From: a virus
Strand: one strand, 5' to 3'
DNA length: 64,000 bases
IMG/VR virus record: IMGVR_UViG_3300028030_000005
Location: 33,646 to 97,645 of that record
Both the position numbers and the translations under genes were made by a program. This document shows positions 8,991 through 19,294 of this stretch, one piece after another (within the stretch, counting starts at the first letter, position 1; each line of letters starts with the position of its first letter). Under the pieces are notes generated by a model. The model did no database searches. It worked only from the letters and a program-made list of their open reading frames with translations, and had not been told where the DNA came from.

Positions 8991-11766
8991 CAGAATTTAA
9001 CTGCATATTTGATTTGTAATTGAATTTATTGCTCACCTTCCCTTTGGTAATTGTGTCGTAAACTCCTTGCTTCAAATTATCAATATTTACGATATTGAAG
9101 TATGATACTGAAATATTCTTTTCGACTCCCTTAATCTTTATTTTAACCGGAATTTCACGAATATATCGCTTGACCATTCCTCGCTCAACAGTCAACGTAG
9201 TAGTACGTTCGATGTTGTTATTTGAAATCGTTATATTATTGCTTACTGACTTAACATAGAACACTTCCTTAGTCGGTCGATAATATATCCAGTGACCTAT
9301 CTTGATTCTACGGTCACCATTCACAGTAATTGTACCTTCTCTTGTAAATGGTAGATAGATGTTACTTTCGACAATATAGCTCAATAATTGTGCTGCTTGT
9401 TCTGCGTATAGGTCTATTTGTTTGTTTTGATTTTTGTTGTTGAAAAAGTATTGATTGCTGTAATTTGACGTGACTTCGAGCAGTTTATTGCCAAATATCT
9501 GCGCGTATTCATCAAAATAAAGAGATGGTACGTGTCCTAATGATACGGTGTTTCCTGCAAAATTCCCTTTATCTGTTATTTTGTACCACGCATATGCTTC
9601 ATTACTAAATTGCAAATCCTCACGAATCACGTCGTCAGAATTGATGTTTATTATTCGTGGGAAATTCGCTGATGACTTAATAACCACTTCGTCAAGCTCT
9701 ATCCCTTGTTTTGGAATTAATAGGCCATCGTCAGTAACAATAATGTCTGATTTTCCTGTTTTTTTTGATTGAGTTTTTTGTTGTGATTGTTGAGTTTGTT
9801 TGTATTTATTTTTTTGTGTGGCAGTTGCTGTTCCTACAGTAGATTGGGTTGATTTGTATTGAGAAAAATCTCCCATATCATCAGCATCAATCTGATTAAT
9901 CATCGCCATTACAGCATCTTGTGTTACTGGCGGTTGTCTGAAATTTAGATAGTACTTGTCTCCATACGTATCTGCAAAAAACTCTACAAACGGTCTTTGA
10001 GCTATTTTTTGAAACAGCTGTAGAATATTGCCCTTTGGATTCATTATGCTATCGTCAATGATTCTTAACTGCCGTACATTATCGTCAACAAAAACTTTGA
10101 TAATCTGCCAAATTCCATTAGTACGTTTTGTTGACTTTATTAAATCGCTGGTAACCACTTGCGTTTTATTATTCCACTGACTGAATACCTCGTCAGGAAT
10201 GTAACCAATCGATGCTATACGATTAGTTATAAATTCTACTTGCTGTTGTATTGTTCTTGGAATAACCGCGCTTAATAATTTGAATTCGCCGTTTAACATT
10301 CGGTCCGATAATTTACCACCGTAAATACTTTGGCTGTGTCCGATGCTATAAGGATTAAAATAACTATTATCGTCAGTCAAAACTTTTATCAAATCTCTAC
10401 CGCGAATTGAAATTGATGATTCATTTGTTGCTGCTGTTATGTCCTTACCCACAACATCTACCATCGCAATCATATCATACCATTTGTTTGAAGGTATTTG
10501 GCTTGAATCATTGTCAATGTCTAATTCCTCAAACGATATTAGTAATAGGTCGTTCTGATGAATCAACTGCTGATAGTAAAATAGTGGTTGAGTATATTCG
10601 CTCGATACATTTTCTCCATCAGAATAAACTTTAGACTTATTGACACTACCCAAATTCACAACACCATTGTCTGTTTGTATTACAGTAGAGTCTGATATCT
10701 TTGCTGGTAGTGTAATTGAAAAGTTCCCTCCAGCATCGAGTGATATATTAGTCGTAGCACTAACAATATCGTTTGTAATGTTAATCCATCCAGGAAACCC
10801 TTGTAGGTGTAGAGCTCTTGACCACAACCAGATATTAAGTTGTGGATAAATTTGTTTTGCATCAACTCCTCTGTTATATATTGCTGGAACAAATCCAGGG
10901 TCGTTGGTTAAGTGACGTAATATCGGAGCAAAATATTGTATAGAGTTGCTTTTTGTAATCGTTATATTTGATTGTACCAGATTTTCAAGTGATATCCATT
11001 CTTGTTTTATATACACAACAGTTCCTACAGCGATTTTATAATCAAACTCAGAATCATATTCAATTTTATCTGATTGTTGTTTTCTTTGTTTATTCGACAG
11101 CGCATCATATATTCTGCGATGATTTGTCTTGTTTTTATAAGTAAATTGTAAAAATTGCTGCTTTTTCACAACAACATTGCGAAATCTGTCTGTTTTTAAC
11201 AACTCATCGACAGATATTGATTGAGATACTTGATATGGCGTCGTTTTTTCAGCTGTTGATTGAATGACTTTTACATCGTCGATGCTACTCTTTTCATTTT
11301 CGTCGTCACAAGCTGCTTGAAATAAGTTGGTTGGGTTTTGAATAATGTTGTTGAATCGCACTTCCAGATGAACGTGATTCGTTATTCCTTTGTATTTTTT
11401 GTAAAGATTTTCAGCCGTTCCTATCACATTACCAACTGCAATAGTTTGCCCAACCACAACGTTTGGTTTTGCGTATAAAATTTTAACAGTCACTCCTTTA
11501 GCACATCCCATTCCTTTAATGATAATAGAATCATATCTATTGTCGTCACTATATGCTTTTCCTACGTGGATGATTGTTCCTGGAATTGGCGAGCGAATGT
11601 CTTGTCCTGTATAGGTCACTATATCGATTCCTTTGTGAGCGCCCGGAACACTGACCCACTTACCATTGATTTTTCGCTTTCTACTGGCACCAAATGCGCC
11701 CGAACCCGCAGCATCTTTACCGCGGAATCGTTGATTTGGTACTATGTCGTGTAATATTGGTTTCAT
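8935..11766 (-). CDS. Baseplate hub / tail lysin with N-terminal M23 peptidase
   Basis: HKGIDI (HxxxD) and HVHLEV (HxH) M23 motifs in the first 150 aa. Later I-x-GRDL-x-K, EFFADTYGD, G-x-ITVNGDRRIKIG are typical of hub proteins downstream of the tape measure. Confidence 0.75.
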   Translation of the reverse strand: MKPILHDIVPNQRFRGKDAAGSGAFGASRKRKINGKWVSVPGAHKGIDIVTYTGQDIRSPIPGTIIHVGKAYSDDNRYDSIIIKGMGCAKGVTVKILYAKPNVVVGQTIAVGNVIGTAENLYKKYKGITNHVHLEVRFNNIIQNPTNLFQAACDDENEKSSIDDVKVIQSTAEKTTPYQVSQSISVDELLKTDRFRNVVVKKQQFLQFTYKNKTNHRRIYDALSNKQRKQQSDKIEYDSEFDYKIAVGTVVYIKQEWISLENLVQSNITITKSNSIQYFAPILRHLTNDPGFVPAIYNRGVDAKQIYPQLNIWLWSRALHLQGFPGWINITNDIVSATTNISLDAGGNFSITLPAKISDSTVIQTDNGVVNLGSVNKSKVYSDGENVSSEYTQPLFYYQQLIHQNDLLLISFEELDIDNDSSQIPSNKWYDMIAMVDVVGKDITAATNESSISIRGRDLIKVLTDDNSYFNPYSIGHSQSIYGGKLSDRMLNGEFKLLSAVIPRTIQQQVEFITNRIASIGYIPDEVFSQWNNKTQVVTSDLIKSTKRTNGIWQIIKVFVDDNVRQLRIIDDSIMNPKGNILQLFQKIAQRPFVEFFADTYGDKYYLNFRQPPVTQDAVMAMINQIDADDMGDFSQYKSTQSTVGTATATQKNKYKQTQQSQQKTQSKKTGKSDIIVTDDGLLIPKQGIELDEVVIKSSANFPRIININSDDVIREDLQFSNEAYAWYKITDKGNFAGNTVSLGHVPSLYFDEYAQIFGNKLLEVTSNYSNQYFFNNKNQNKQIDLYAEQAAQLLSYIVESNIYLPFTREGTITVNGDRRIKIGHWIYYRPTKEVFYVKSVSNNITISNNNIERTTTLTVERGMVKRYIREIPVKIKIKGVEKNISVSYFNIVNIDNLKQGVYDTITKGKVSNKFNYKSNMQLNSDVLQFFIRKMQFSYGKKS

Positions 11767-13493
11767 TAATCGAGTTTACCTATTAATTGGTCGAGCTTGT
11801 GTACGATTTTTTCAACATCCTCTCCAATTGGCGATATTAAGTCCTTAAATTTTTCTGCAAAGTTCAATAATTCAGCTTGCGCTCCAGACGATGAACGCAA
11901 TGCTCGTCCTTTGTAATCAAGTTCGTGTGTTTTGGCTCCTAAATCAATATCATCCAATGATTTTGACCCTGATAATAGTGCCCAGATATCTTTCTTACGC
12001 ATACTACCGCCTGTCAAGCTGTCAAACAATAATGCTTGTGAGTTCAAGTCTCCTCCCGAACCCTTAACAAAATCAAATAATCCAGACAAATATCCCTTAC
12101 TCGCAACACCCTTCTCCATCTCCATTTGGAGTTCGAAATATGATTTGTTCGGATTTTTACGACGCAAGACATCGAATTTAATTGCTTGTGCTTCAGGAGA
12201 GCCAGCAGACGTTAATCCTGAATTCAATCTACGCATTGTATCGAATGTATAGTCGTCAGAATTAAAATTACCACCCATTCCGTATAGGTGCCTCATCAAT
12301 CCCATTGTTCCAGTTGTTGATGTAGCTCCAGATGACATTAATAAGCTGGTCTGAAAGTTAGCGAATCCTGACATAACTGCATCCATACGTGCCATATCAC
12401 TGCCATCTTTTCCAAACACACCAGTGCGATAAAGTGACGAGAATACTCGGGTCGTCAGTTGTTGAGAGTCTGATGTTCGTGCTAATACTCGCGTTAATTT
12501 TTCTAACGTCGTGATTGTTGATTGACTGGTTCCTGTTGATTTCTCTAATTCCAATGCATTCATTGTAGCGTCATATCCACCAGCACTTCTACCACGAGCT
12601 CTTATAATAGCAGGCATTGATTGAGAAAGGAAGTCCTCACGAGATACACCTAATCTGCGCGGACCATAATCTCCATATCCTGTCCTACCTATTCCTCCAT
12701 CAATAATATCGTCAACAGACATCCCTGATAATGCTGCTAATGACGTTGCGCTATTTTCGCGATTTGCTCTTATTGCTAATGCTCCGACAGATGCTCCAAT
12801 AATAGCTGTAATTGCGCCTAAAAACGGAAAATCATTCGCTTGTTCGAGTTCTTGATTGATGGCAGTTACTCCATCACTACTATTCGTAAATCTACGCGCA
12901 CTTTGCGCAGCACGAACATAAAACGGACTTCGACGTCCTCCCTTTCCTCCTCCGCCACTGCCTGAACCTGCAGATTGTTCGTCGTTTTCTTGTGAAAGAG
13001 AATCTGCTAATCCAATATATCCTTCTCCTGCATCTGCTAACATAGCTCTATCGAGCATAGCCTGTTCACGAATTGAATTTGATGTATCAGACTTAATCTC
13101 TTGTTGAGATGTTCGTTTGACTGTTTCAATTAATTCGCGAAGTAAATCAATCTGAATCTGGTCCTCTTTACTGGATTGACGTAATTCAGAGACTTGTTGT
13201 CTGTATTGTTGTTTAAGTGCTGATTGGTCAGCTCCTTCAACTTGAGAAAGTGATTGGTATCGTCTATCTATCGCAGCACGACGCTGCTTTGCTTCGAGTT
13301 TATTTCGCTGTTCGAGAAGTTTTATCTGCTGTTCTATATATTGAACAGACTCACGTGCATTTTGAGAATTTTGCTGAGCTTCTCTTATTAGCTCATCACC
13401 GAGCTCATTTGCTGATTGCCTTAGCTTAGACATTAGGTCAGCTACTCCATTATCTCTGGCACTAAAAACTATTTCCTTGCGAGTTGAGCTCAT
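11766..13493 (-). CDS. Tape measure protein
   Basis: N-terminal FSARDNG, coiled-coil, Ala/Gly-rich segments; position after tube and chaperones. Confidence 0.7.
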   Translation of the reverse strand: MSSTRKEIVFSARDNGVADLMSKLRQSANELGDELIREAQQNSQNARESVQYIEQQIKLLEQRNKLEAKQRRAAIDRRYQSLSQVEGADQSALKQQYRQQVSELRQSSKEDQIQIDLLRELIETVKRTSQQEIKSDTSNSIREQAMLDRAMLADAGEGYIGLADSLSQENDEQSAGSGSGGGGKGGRRSPFYVRAAQSARRFTNSSDGVTAINQELEQANDFPFLGAITAIIGASVGALAIRANRENSATSLAALSGMSVDDIIDGGIGRTGYGDYGPRRLGVSREDFLSQSMPAIIRARGRSAGGYDATMNALELEKSTGTSQSTITTLEKLTRVLARTSDSQQLTTRVFSSLYRTGVFGKDGSDMARMDAVMSGFANFQTSLLMSSGATSTTGTMGLMRHLYGMGGNFNSDDYTFDTMRRLNSGLTSAGSPEAQAIKFDVLRRKNPNKSYFELQMEMEKGVASKGYLSGLFDFVKGSGGDLNSQALLFDSLTGGSMRKKDIWALLSGSKSLDDIDLGAKTHELDYKGRALRSSSGAQAELLNFAEKFKDLISPIGEDVEKIVHKLDQLIGKLD

Positions 13494-13888
13494 ATTATAA
13501 GTTCGTCTGATTCATCTTGAATATCTGTGATTGATATTTTATCATAAATATCGTCAATTTCATCGTTGGTCAGTTGTTGTTGGGTAGATTTTTTTAACCA
13601 CACTCCCCTACCTGGCACGTATTGTGATATTGGTTGCTGTTCATACAATAGCTGTTTGTAAAATCTATCCTCCTCCCATTCCATCCGCATATCAATTATT
13701 CGTGTGTTGCGATGCTGTTCACTGTTTAGCGCAACTTTATACTTTTCTCTCCACCAACGGTCTATTGGATATAACTGATTCCACCTGACAATAAAATCAC
13801 GCAAATGTTGTGATGTAAATGCAGCGACGTCCCTCTTTAATTCAGAAGGACGTCGCATATTTGGCTTTATTAGATTATTTGTTCTCAC
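13490..13888 (-). CDS. Tail assembly chaperone (second ORF)
   Basis: Between first chaperone and tape measure; WWREKY motif. Confidence 0.55.
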   Translation of the reverse strand: MRTNNLIKPNMRRPSELKRDVAAFTSQHLRDFIVRWNQLYPIDRWWREKYKVALNSEQHRNTRIIDMRMEWEEDRFYKQLLYEQQPISQYVPGRGVWLKKSTQQQLTNDEIDDIYDKISITDIQDESDELII

Positions 13889-14252
13889 CTTCGTCCTTAG
13901 TTTCTACATCTCGAAGTGCTTTGGTAAATTGTTCAAACCACGGAACAAATTGTTGTTTATATGCTTTTTTTAACTCGGCTAAATCAAATGGGTCGAGCTC
14001 TCTCCACGAATTGACTGCAAGGTCCTTCATTAATTGTGGTACCAATATTGATAAATAGGCAAACATATCAATATTATCGAGATTGTATTCAGCCCAAACA
14101 GTTCTGTTATTCAGCACATCTCCATACCGGCCATTGGCTAAAACAGCCTTCATTTCCTCTACATCCCACAATTGTCCTGCTGTAGGAGTTTTAACGTGAT
14201 ATGTGTTGTCTTTGATTGTTAATTGTAACGGTGTTCTTAAATTTACGTTCAT
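13875..14252 (-). CDS. Tail assembly chaperone
   Basis: Immediately downstream of tail tube; 125 aa, acidic. Confidence 0.6.
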   Translation of the reverse strand: MNVNLRTPLQLTIKDNTYHVKTPTAGQLWDVEEMKAVLANGRYGDVLNNRTVWAEYNLDNIDMFAYLSILVPQLMKDLAVNSWRELDPFDLAELKKAYKQQFVPWFEQFTKALRDVETKDEGENK

Positions 14253-14271
14253 TTTGTTTTATTTTAACGGT

Positions 14272-14754
14272 TTATTTTGAATATATCATCGGAGTCAAAT
14301 ATGTGAAGTCTTGATTGTGTCCACTGATTTGACCTTCACTGATTGTTAGTCCTTCACGGTCTATAAAAGCCTGATTAATTGTTGCGTGCTTTTTCAATTT
14401 TGATTTGATTAGTCCGGTTTGCGGGTCAATAAAATCTTTGGTTTTTTTGAAAACCACAACGTCAATTCCGTCCTCTTGTAACAGCATATTGTCGACGAAC
14501 TCTTGTACAGAACCGGCAGTTCGTTTTATAGCGTCAGGAAGTCCTGTTTTTCGAAAATCGATTTCATAAAATTCAGCAGAGATATTTCCATTGAATTCTA
14601 ATGCAGGCACCTCTGATGCGTTGAGTTCTCCGATTCCACTAACACGACCTCGTCTGTAAGTTTCTGTTATTCGAAGGTTTTTCATCTTACCGACTGTAAT
14701 TCCTTTAACCTTAATCAAAGCTAATGGTGCGGTTAAAACTTTTTTATCTGACAT
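14272..14754 (-). CDS. Tail tube protein
   Basis: 160 aa directly after sheath; VG-x-M-x-x-L...V-x-GIG-x-L...E-x-P...FTYLTP. Confidence 0.85.
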   Translation of the reverse strand: MSDKKVLTAPLALIKVKGITVGKMKNLRITETYRRGRVSGIGELNASEVPALEFNGNISAEFYEIDFRKTGLPDAIKRTAGSVQEFVDNMLLQEDGIDVVVFKKTKDFIDPQTGLIKSKLKKHATINQAFIDREGLTISEGQISGHNQDFTYLTPMIYSK

Positions 14755-14766
14755 TTTTAACGTTTT

Positions 14767-16383
14767 TTAGTTTAAGTTGGGGTCTAATATCAATCCTGTG
14801 AAAAATAACTTATTTACTTCGAAATTTGGAACGAATCCATAATCGATACAATAAGCATCTTGTTTTATCTCAACGGTTATATCTTGATATGATAATATCA
14901 GATTGTCTTGCGTTGATGTTGCTGTTCTTTTGTTTAAATAAGAATCGACCCATTCCGCTACCACTTCCGGAGACAATGTAGCTCTGTTTGGACCTTGTTG
15001 TTGATTTCCAAGTAGGTCAATTTTCGCATTGACGATTATTTCTTTGTTTAATTGAGCGGCAATTCTCATCAATTGCCAACTGTGAGAAGTACCGTCAGGA
15101 TTTACAACGTTTTTGTTATTTTTAAGCGTTGTAATTCCTTGTGTGATTACAAAAGAGTTTAAATCGTCGTCGTAGTGTGTAGTCAATACACCATTATCGA
15201 GAGCAAGCGTCAATTCTTTATCGTTCATTTTATGACGCTCACCTGCATATGCTAACGCCTTAAATGTTGGTGGTGTTTGTGGTGGTAATCCTGCGACTCT
15301 ACCGAGCACATAAGCAGCGTGATATTTACTGTTTTTAATCCACTCACCCATATTGATGTTATTTTCAATACATCCTGCGTGAACCACAACAGCTTTCTCG
15401 CTATTCAGTGTGTTTGCTGCTGTTATTGATTGAGAGTGGAATGTGTTTCTGTCATTTCCTCCACCAACAATAATAGTTTTGTCGAAACGAGCTTCTTGAT
15501 GTACGTGTGCGAGAATTTTTAAATTATCTACACTAACTGCATCCGCTTCACTATCTAAACTCAAAATATTCGAATAATCAAGATTTTTGACAGCATCAAG
15601 TACATCATCAATTCTGTCAGTATTATAAGTTTGAGTTGCTCCTGCAAATAACTGATATCCTGCTAATGACGTAATGTCTGCTGCAACGATTGCTCCTCCT
15701 GTTGTTGAAATCAGTTTGAAGTTGTTGTTGAAATCATAATCGACTGATGCCCAATCAGCAAATTCGCTGATATCCGCTATCTCCGGACTCGAAGCTATTA
15801 ATACCGGCTGAACGTCGTTTTGAGATATTCCATCGTATAAAACGCCATTTTCATCAACTCCTTTATATCCACCTCTCCAAAATTTGAATCTGAACTTGTT
15901 TGTATCAACAGTACCTGCTTCTAATGTGACAGCAAATCCTGTTTGTAATTGTCCTACCTGGACATCTCCATTTGCTGTAAGTCCTTCGTGCTTGGTTTTT
16001 AACGCAATGCTACCATTTGTTAAGTTTAGTGTTAAACTTGCAGCGGTTGTTTTTAGCGCGCGAACATACCACAAAACAGATACTCCAGGATATCCAGGAC
16101 CGTTCGGTCTGAATAGTGGCTTAGCTAAGTCATACAACTCACCTCCACCAACAAATTTTCTAAAATCGCGAATATTGTCGAATCCATAGATTGAATCTTG
16201 TCCTTGTGAGAATTCGCCATCAATTCCTGCACCTCCACCATATTTACTTGTATCATCTTTGTCGATGATTAGCACATTGCCGTAAGACAATTTTAACGGT
16301 GGATTATTTACTCCTGACGATATTTTTGAATAACTACCGGGTAGTTTAATCAATTTTCCGTTGAAAATGTATTCTGTTGCCAT
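14767..16383 (-). CDS. Tail sheath protein
   Basis: 538 aa; N-terminal KLPGSY, GGGEL, C-terminal ALDNGVL...ITQGITT, as in contractile-tail sheaths. Confidence 0.9.
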   Translation of the reverse strand: MATEYIFNGKLIKLPGSYSKISSGVNNPPLKLSYGNVLIIDKDDTSKYGGGAGIDGEFSQGQDSIYGFDNIRDFRKFVGGGELYDLAKPLFRPNGPGYPGVSVLWYVRALKTTAASLTLNLTNGSIALKTKHEGLTANGDVQVGQLQTGFAVTLEAGTVDTNKFRFKFWRGGYKGVDENGVLYDGISQNDVQPVLIASSPEIADISEFADWASVDYDFNNNFKLISTTGGAIVAADITSLAGYQLFAGATQTYNTDRIDDVLDAVKNLDYSNILSLDSEADAVSVDNLKILAHVHQEARFDKTIIVGGGNDRNTFHSQSITAANTLNSEKAVVVHAGCIENNINMGEWIKNSKYHAAYVLGRVAGLPPQTPPTFKALAYAGERHKMNDKELTLALDNGVLTTHYDDDLNSFVITQGITTLKNNKNVVNPDGTSHSWQLMRIAAQLNKEIIVNAKIDLLGNQQQGPNRATLSPEVVAEWVDSYLNKRTATSTQDNLILSYQDITVEIKQDAYCIDYGFVPNFEVNKLFFTGLILDPNLN

Positions 16384-16386
16384 AAA

Positions 16387-16563
16387 TTACTTTTTTTCAA
16401 TTATTTTTTTGCGAACAAACTCTGCTTTCCATTTTTCAAGAGTCTGCAATTGCTTTCCATACAACTTTGCAACAGCAAAGATGTTTCTATTGCCCAGACC
16501 TAATGTTTGAGCGGCGGTAGATGCAGTTATTGTAACATCTTTTTTTGTATTGTTATTCGCCAT
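16387..16563 (-). CDS. Small conserved-position protein before sheath (58 aa)
   Basis: Hand-read ORF MANNNTKKDVTITAST...EFVRKKIIEKK fills the gap exactly. Confidence 0.55.
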   Translation of the reverse strand: MANNNTKKDVTITASTAAQTLGLGNRNIFAVAKLYGKQLQTLEKWKAEFVRKKIIEKK

Positions 16564-17218
16564 CGTTAATGATTTTATTTGATTTACATAAAATTATGTC
16601 AGCAATGTTTTCGCTTCCCCACCACCTCGGAACCTCTACTTCATAGAAAAACGAGATACCTATGCTACGCATAAAAATATTTTCAGGGACAAGGTCCGAA
16701 TTTATTCTCAATTCTTGACCGGTTAGTGTAGCATTTTGCAATCCAGATAGTGATAATGTTTCTAATACAGTAATCAATCCTGCTCTAATCAGATGATACA
16801 TCAACAACACCTCTGCGCTGTTATCGCTGGTAATTACCAATTGAAATGTTGATTGAAAATTTTTTCTATATGCTACTGAGCTTCCTGACATTAATTCAAA
16901 TAACGTATCGCTATCTGACTCATCATTTGATAGCGTACCGTTTGTTTGATTTTCACTCGGAATAGTTATATGTACAGTTGGAATTCGAGCTCTTTCTGCA
17001 TCAAATGCTGTTCTTACTTCTATTTTACGTGGATGCTCTTGTTCTCTGGTAAACAAATCAATCGCTTGTTCGAGATACTCACGTTTTTCGTCCACAACGC
17101 TATCGAAATAATGATGTAATAACGTTTTACTTTTATCAGTAGCTGATATGTAATCGTTTTTAATGTGCTTCAATAACGCCTCTACTATATGCCTTAAAAT
17201 AACTTCTGGTATTATCAT
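16553..17218 (-). CDS. Tail terminator / tail completion protein
   Basis: MIIPEVIL start and position before sheath, as in Herelleviridae. Confidence 0.6.
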   Translation of the reverse strand: MIIPEVILRHIVEALLKHIKNDYISATDKSKTLLHHYFDSVVDEKREYLEQAIDLFTREQEHPRKIEVRTAFDAERARIPTVHITIPSENQTNGTLSNDESDSDTLFELMSGSSVAYRKNFQSTFQLVITSDNSAEVLLMYHLIRAGLITVLETLSLSGLQNATLTGQELRINSDLVPENIFMRSIGISFFYEVEVPRWWGSENIADIILCKSNKIINDGE

Positions 17219-17979
17219 AATCCTAAATGTGCTAAGTAACTATCTATTGCGACATCAACAATATGTGGAACGTCCGTTTTTTGTAACGCTTTTTCGGCTA
17301 ATTTTTTTGGTTGAAATCCTGGATGAATCCATCTGTCCGCATCTGAATTTACGCTAACGCGCCTAAACATTACATATCCACCCCCCTTATTGCTTCCTAA
17401 TCCTTCATATATTGATGTCATTGCTGTTCCTTTCGGTATTGATGTCATTGCTCCACTCTTTAACTTTCTACGCAGAGTTGCTGATTGCGGAATGTGATAT
17501 TTTGTTGGAATGTCAGATAGTGACAACTGAGCTTTGCCTTGTAGAGCCTTTGCTTTTTGATGTATTATCGTCGGCATTACTCCTGCAAATGCATTGTTTT
17601 CTCCTAATGACGATGGTATTGCAAATCGAAATCCTATTGTCAAGTACGGCAATCCATTTTTAGTGTATTTTACTTTCCTACTTGACAAAAATCCGCGTTT
17701 CATATCGAACTCACTCGCTCCCATTTCAAGTGCGTTTGCAATCCAAACTGCCGGATTGAGATATACTACTCCGGTAAATTTATCACGCTTTTCAACTTGT
17801 ATTGCTTGTCGATACTGCTCTCGTGTACTTTTTAACGTTGTTTTTGCTTGCGTATCCCAATTGCGCGCAAATTGCGCTGTTACCTCATCGACAACAAATT
17901 CCAACATATCATCAACTTCTTTTTGTGAGAGTTGAAATTCCGCTGATATATCTCTTGTGTCGATGGATAAGTCTATCAT
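17215..17979 (-). CDS. Neck / head-tail joining protein
   Basis: LEMGASEFDMK, YLTIGFR, FRRVS-NS...WIHPG: motifs of the Herelleviridae neck protein. Confidence 0.65.
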   Translation of the reverse strand: MIDLSIDTRDISAEFQLSQKEVDDMLEFVVDEVTAQFARNWDTQAKTTLKSTREQYRQAIQVEKRDKFTGVVYLNPAVWIANALEMGASEFDMKRGFLSSRKVKYTKNGLPYLTIGFRFAIPSSLGENNAFAGVMPTIIHQKAKALQGKAQLSLSDIPTKYHIPQSATLRRKLKSGAMTSIPKGTAMTSIYEGLGSNKGGGYVMFRRVSVNSDADRWIHPGFQPKKLAEKALQKTDVPHIVDVAIDSYLAHLGL

Positions 17980-18140
17980 CGTCGCTTCGAAATTATCTTA
18001 CCGAGATGTGTGATTGTCATTACAGCAGATATCATAAATGTCAAATATATCCATCCGTTGTACGGGTACAATTTATTCAGATACATTGTTGTTCCCAGCA
18101 CTGCAGCTGATATGATTGTAATTATTGTATTCCTTTTCAT
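17976..18140 (-). CDS. Small two-TM membrane protein (54 aa)
   Basis: Hand-read ORF MKRNTIITIISAAVLG...HLGKIISKRR with ATGA overlaps at both ends. Confidence 0.55.
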   Translation of the reverse strand: MKRNTIITIISAAVLGTTMYLNKLYPYNGWIYLTFMISAVMTITHLGKIISKRR

Positions 18141-18502
18141 AACAATATAATTATCAAGTTAAATATCCATAAAATGGCGCTAATTATTGACCATATTACA
18201 ATTAATTTTTTCTTTAATGCAGGTTCATTTTGTCCTACATAAAACAAATCTTTTTTCCAGACCCACGAAAAATGCCTATCAAACAGAACAGCTCTCGATA
18301 ATACTACAAAAGTACCAAATTGCCATCCTACATTAATCCACATTAAGATAGCAAATGAGAGATGAAACCAAACGTCCCACTGGTGCCATTTGATGTTGTG
18401 TTCACTATCTTTACTGTCTTTCGATACGTGATAATCGTGATACACTTCTATCACAAAGTACATCGTAAAAACAATCAGAATATTTGCTATTTTTATCAAC
18501 AT
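18137..18502 (-). CDS. Membrane protein
   Basis: 121 aa with three hydrophobic segments. Confidence 0.6.
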   Translation of the reverse strand: MLIKIANILIVFTMYFVIEVYHDYHVSKDSKDSEHNIKWHQWDVWFHLSFAILMWINVGWQFGTFVVLSRAVLFDRHFSWVWKKDLFYVGQNEPALKKKLIVIWSIISAILWIFNLIIILL

Positions 18503-19293
18503 CTCTTAAAATTTAGACTGCTATCACACTGTTTGTCGTAACTGTTGTCAAGTAGGTAGTCTTGATTATAATTCTGAGAATCTAATATGTAATGAGCGGC
18601 CCTACCAACTGCACTGACAGGAAAGTCTTTATCGATATCTTTGCCTGCTGTTAATTTTTTTGATGTCATAACATCTCTATTGACGTCAAGTATATAATAT
18701 ACTGGATTGTATAGGTATCTTACGCTGATTGTTGGATATTGTTCGTTAACGTTATTCAGTTCAATCCATTGATTGTGCTGAATTGAATAATCGTCAGAAG
18801 TTAGTTTTATCAACGGACTGTCACTATCTGCAAATCTAAATATATCTACGATATCAATAATCGGATACGTTGTCATTACTCTGTATTTGCCGTCGGTATG
18901 TTGCTTTAAAAATAGCGTTTCGTTTAATGACTGAATCGAATTGATTATCGTAATTTTATCCATATACGACAATCTCTGTTCGTTAAGTGCAGTAATCTTT
19001 GCTGTGCCGAGATTCTCTTTCGACCACTCCTTGTATTGAGTATCTTTGTTGATACTTTGGATTACCATTCGTGTTTGGTTCGGATTGTAGAATACCCAAC
19101 CAGAGCCTCCACAATTACGACAATTTGATAAAGCCATTCCGTCTGGTCTATTTCTGCAAGGACATTCAATCGCTTTTTCAACAATAACATCATATCCTTT
19201 CTGCCAAACTAAAGCATCAAAGTCTGTTTTAACAAGGTCAACACGAGCCTTGCCTTGTAAATTTGGAGCAGTTGTTTTTACTAATTCTCCCAT
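18496..19293 (-). CDS. Head closure/neck protein with Zn-ribbon
   Basis: CPC...CRNCGGSGW in the neck position, as in Herelleviridae. Confidence 0.7.
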   Translation of the reverse strand: MGELVKTTAPNLQGKARVDLVKTDFDALVWQKGYDVIVEKAIECPCRNRPDGMALSNCRNCGGSGWVFYNPNQTRMVIQSINKDTQYKEWSKENLGTAKITALNEQRLSYMDKITIINSIQSLNETLFLKQHTDGKYRVMTTYPIIDIVDIFRFADSDSPLIKLTSDDYSIQHNQWIELNNVNEQYPTISVRYLYNPVYYILDVNRDVMTSKKLTAGKDIDKDFPVSAVGRAAHYILDSQNYNQDYLLDNSYDKQCDSSLNFKRC

Positions 19294-19294
19294 A

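Noticed and set aside
13962-13975. -1 slippery A-run in the first tail chaperone
   Set aside because: The downstream chaperone ORF is in the +1 frame, so a -1 shift would not join them
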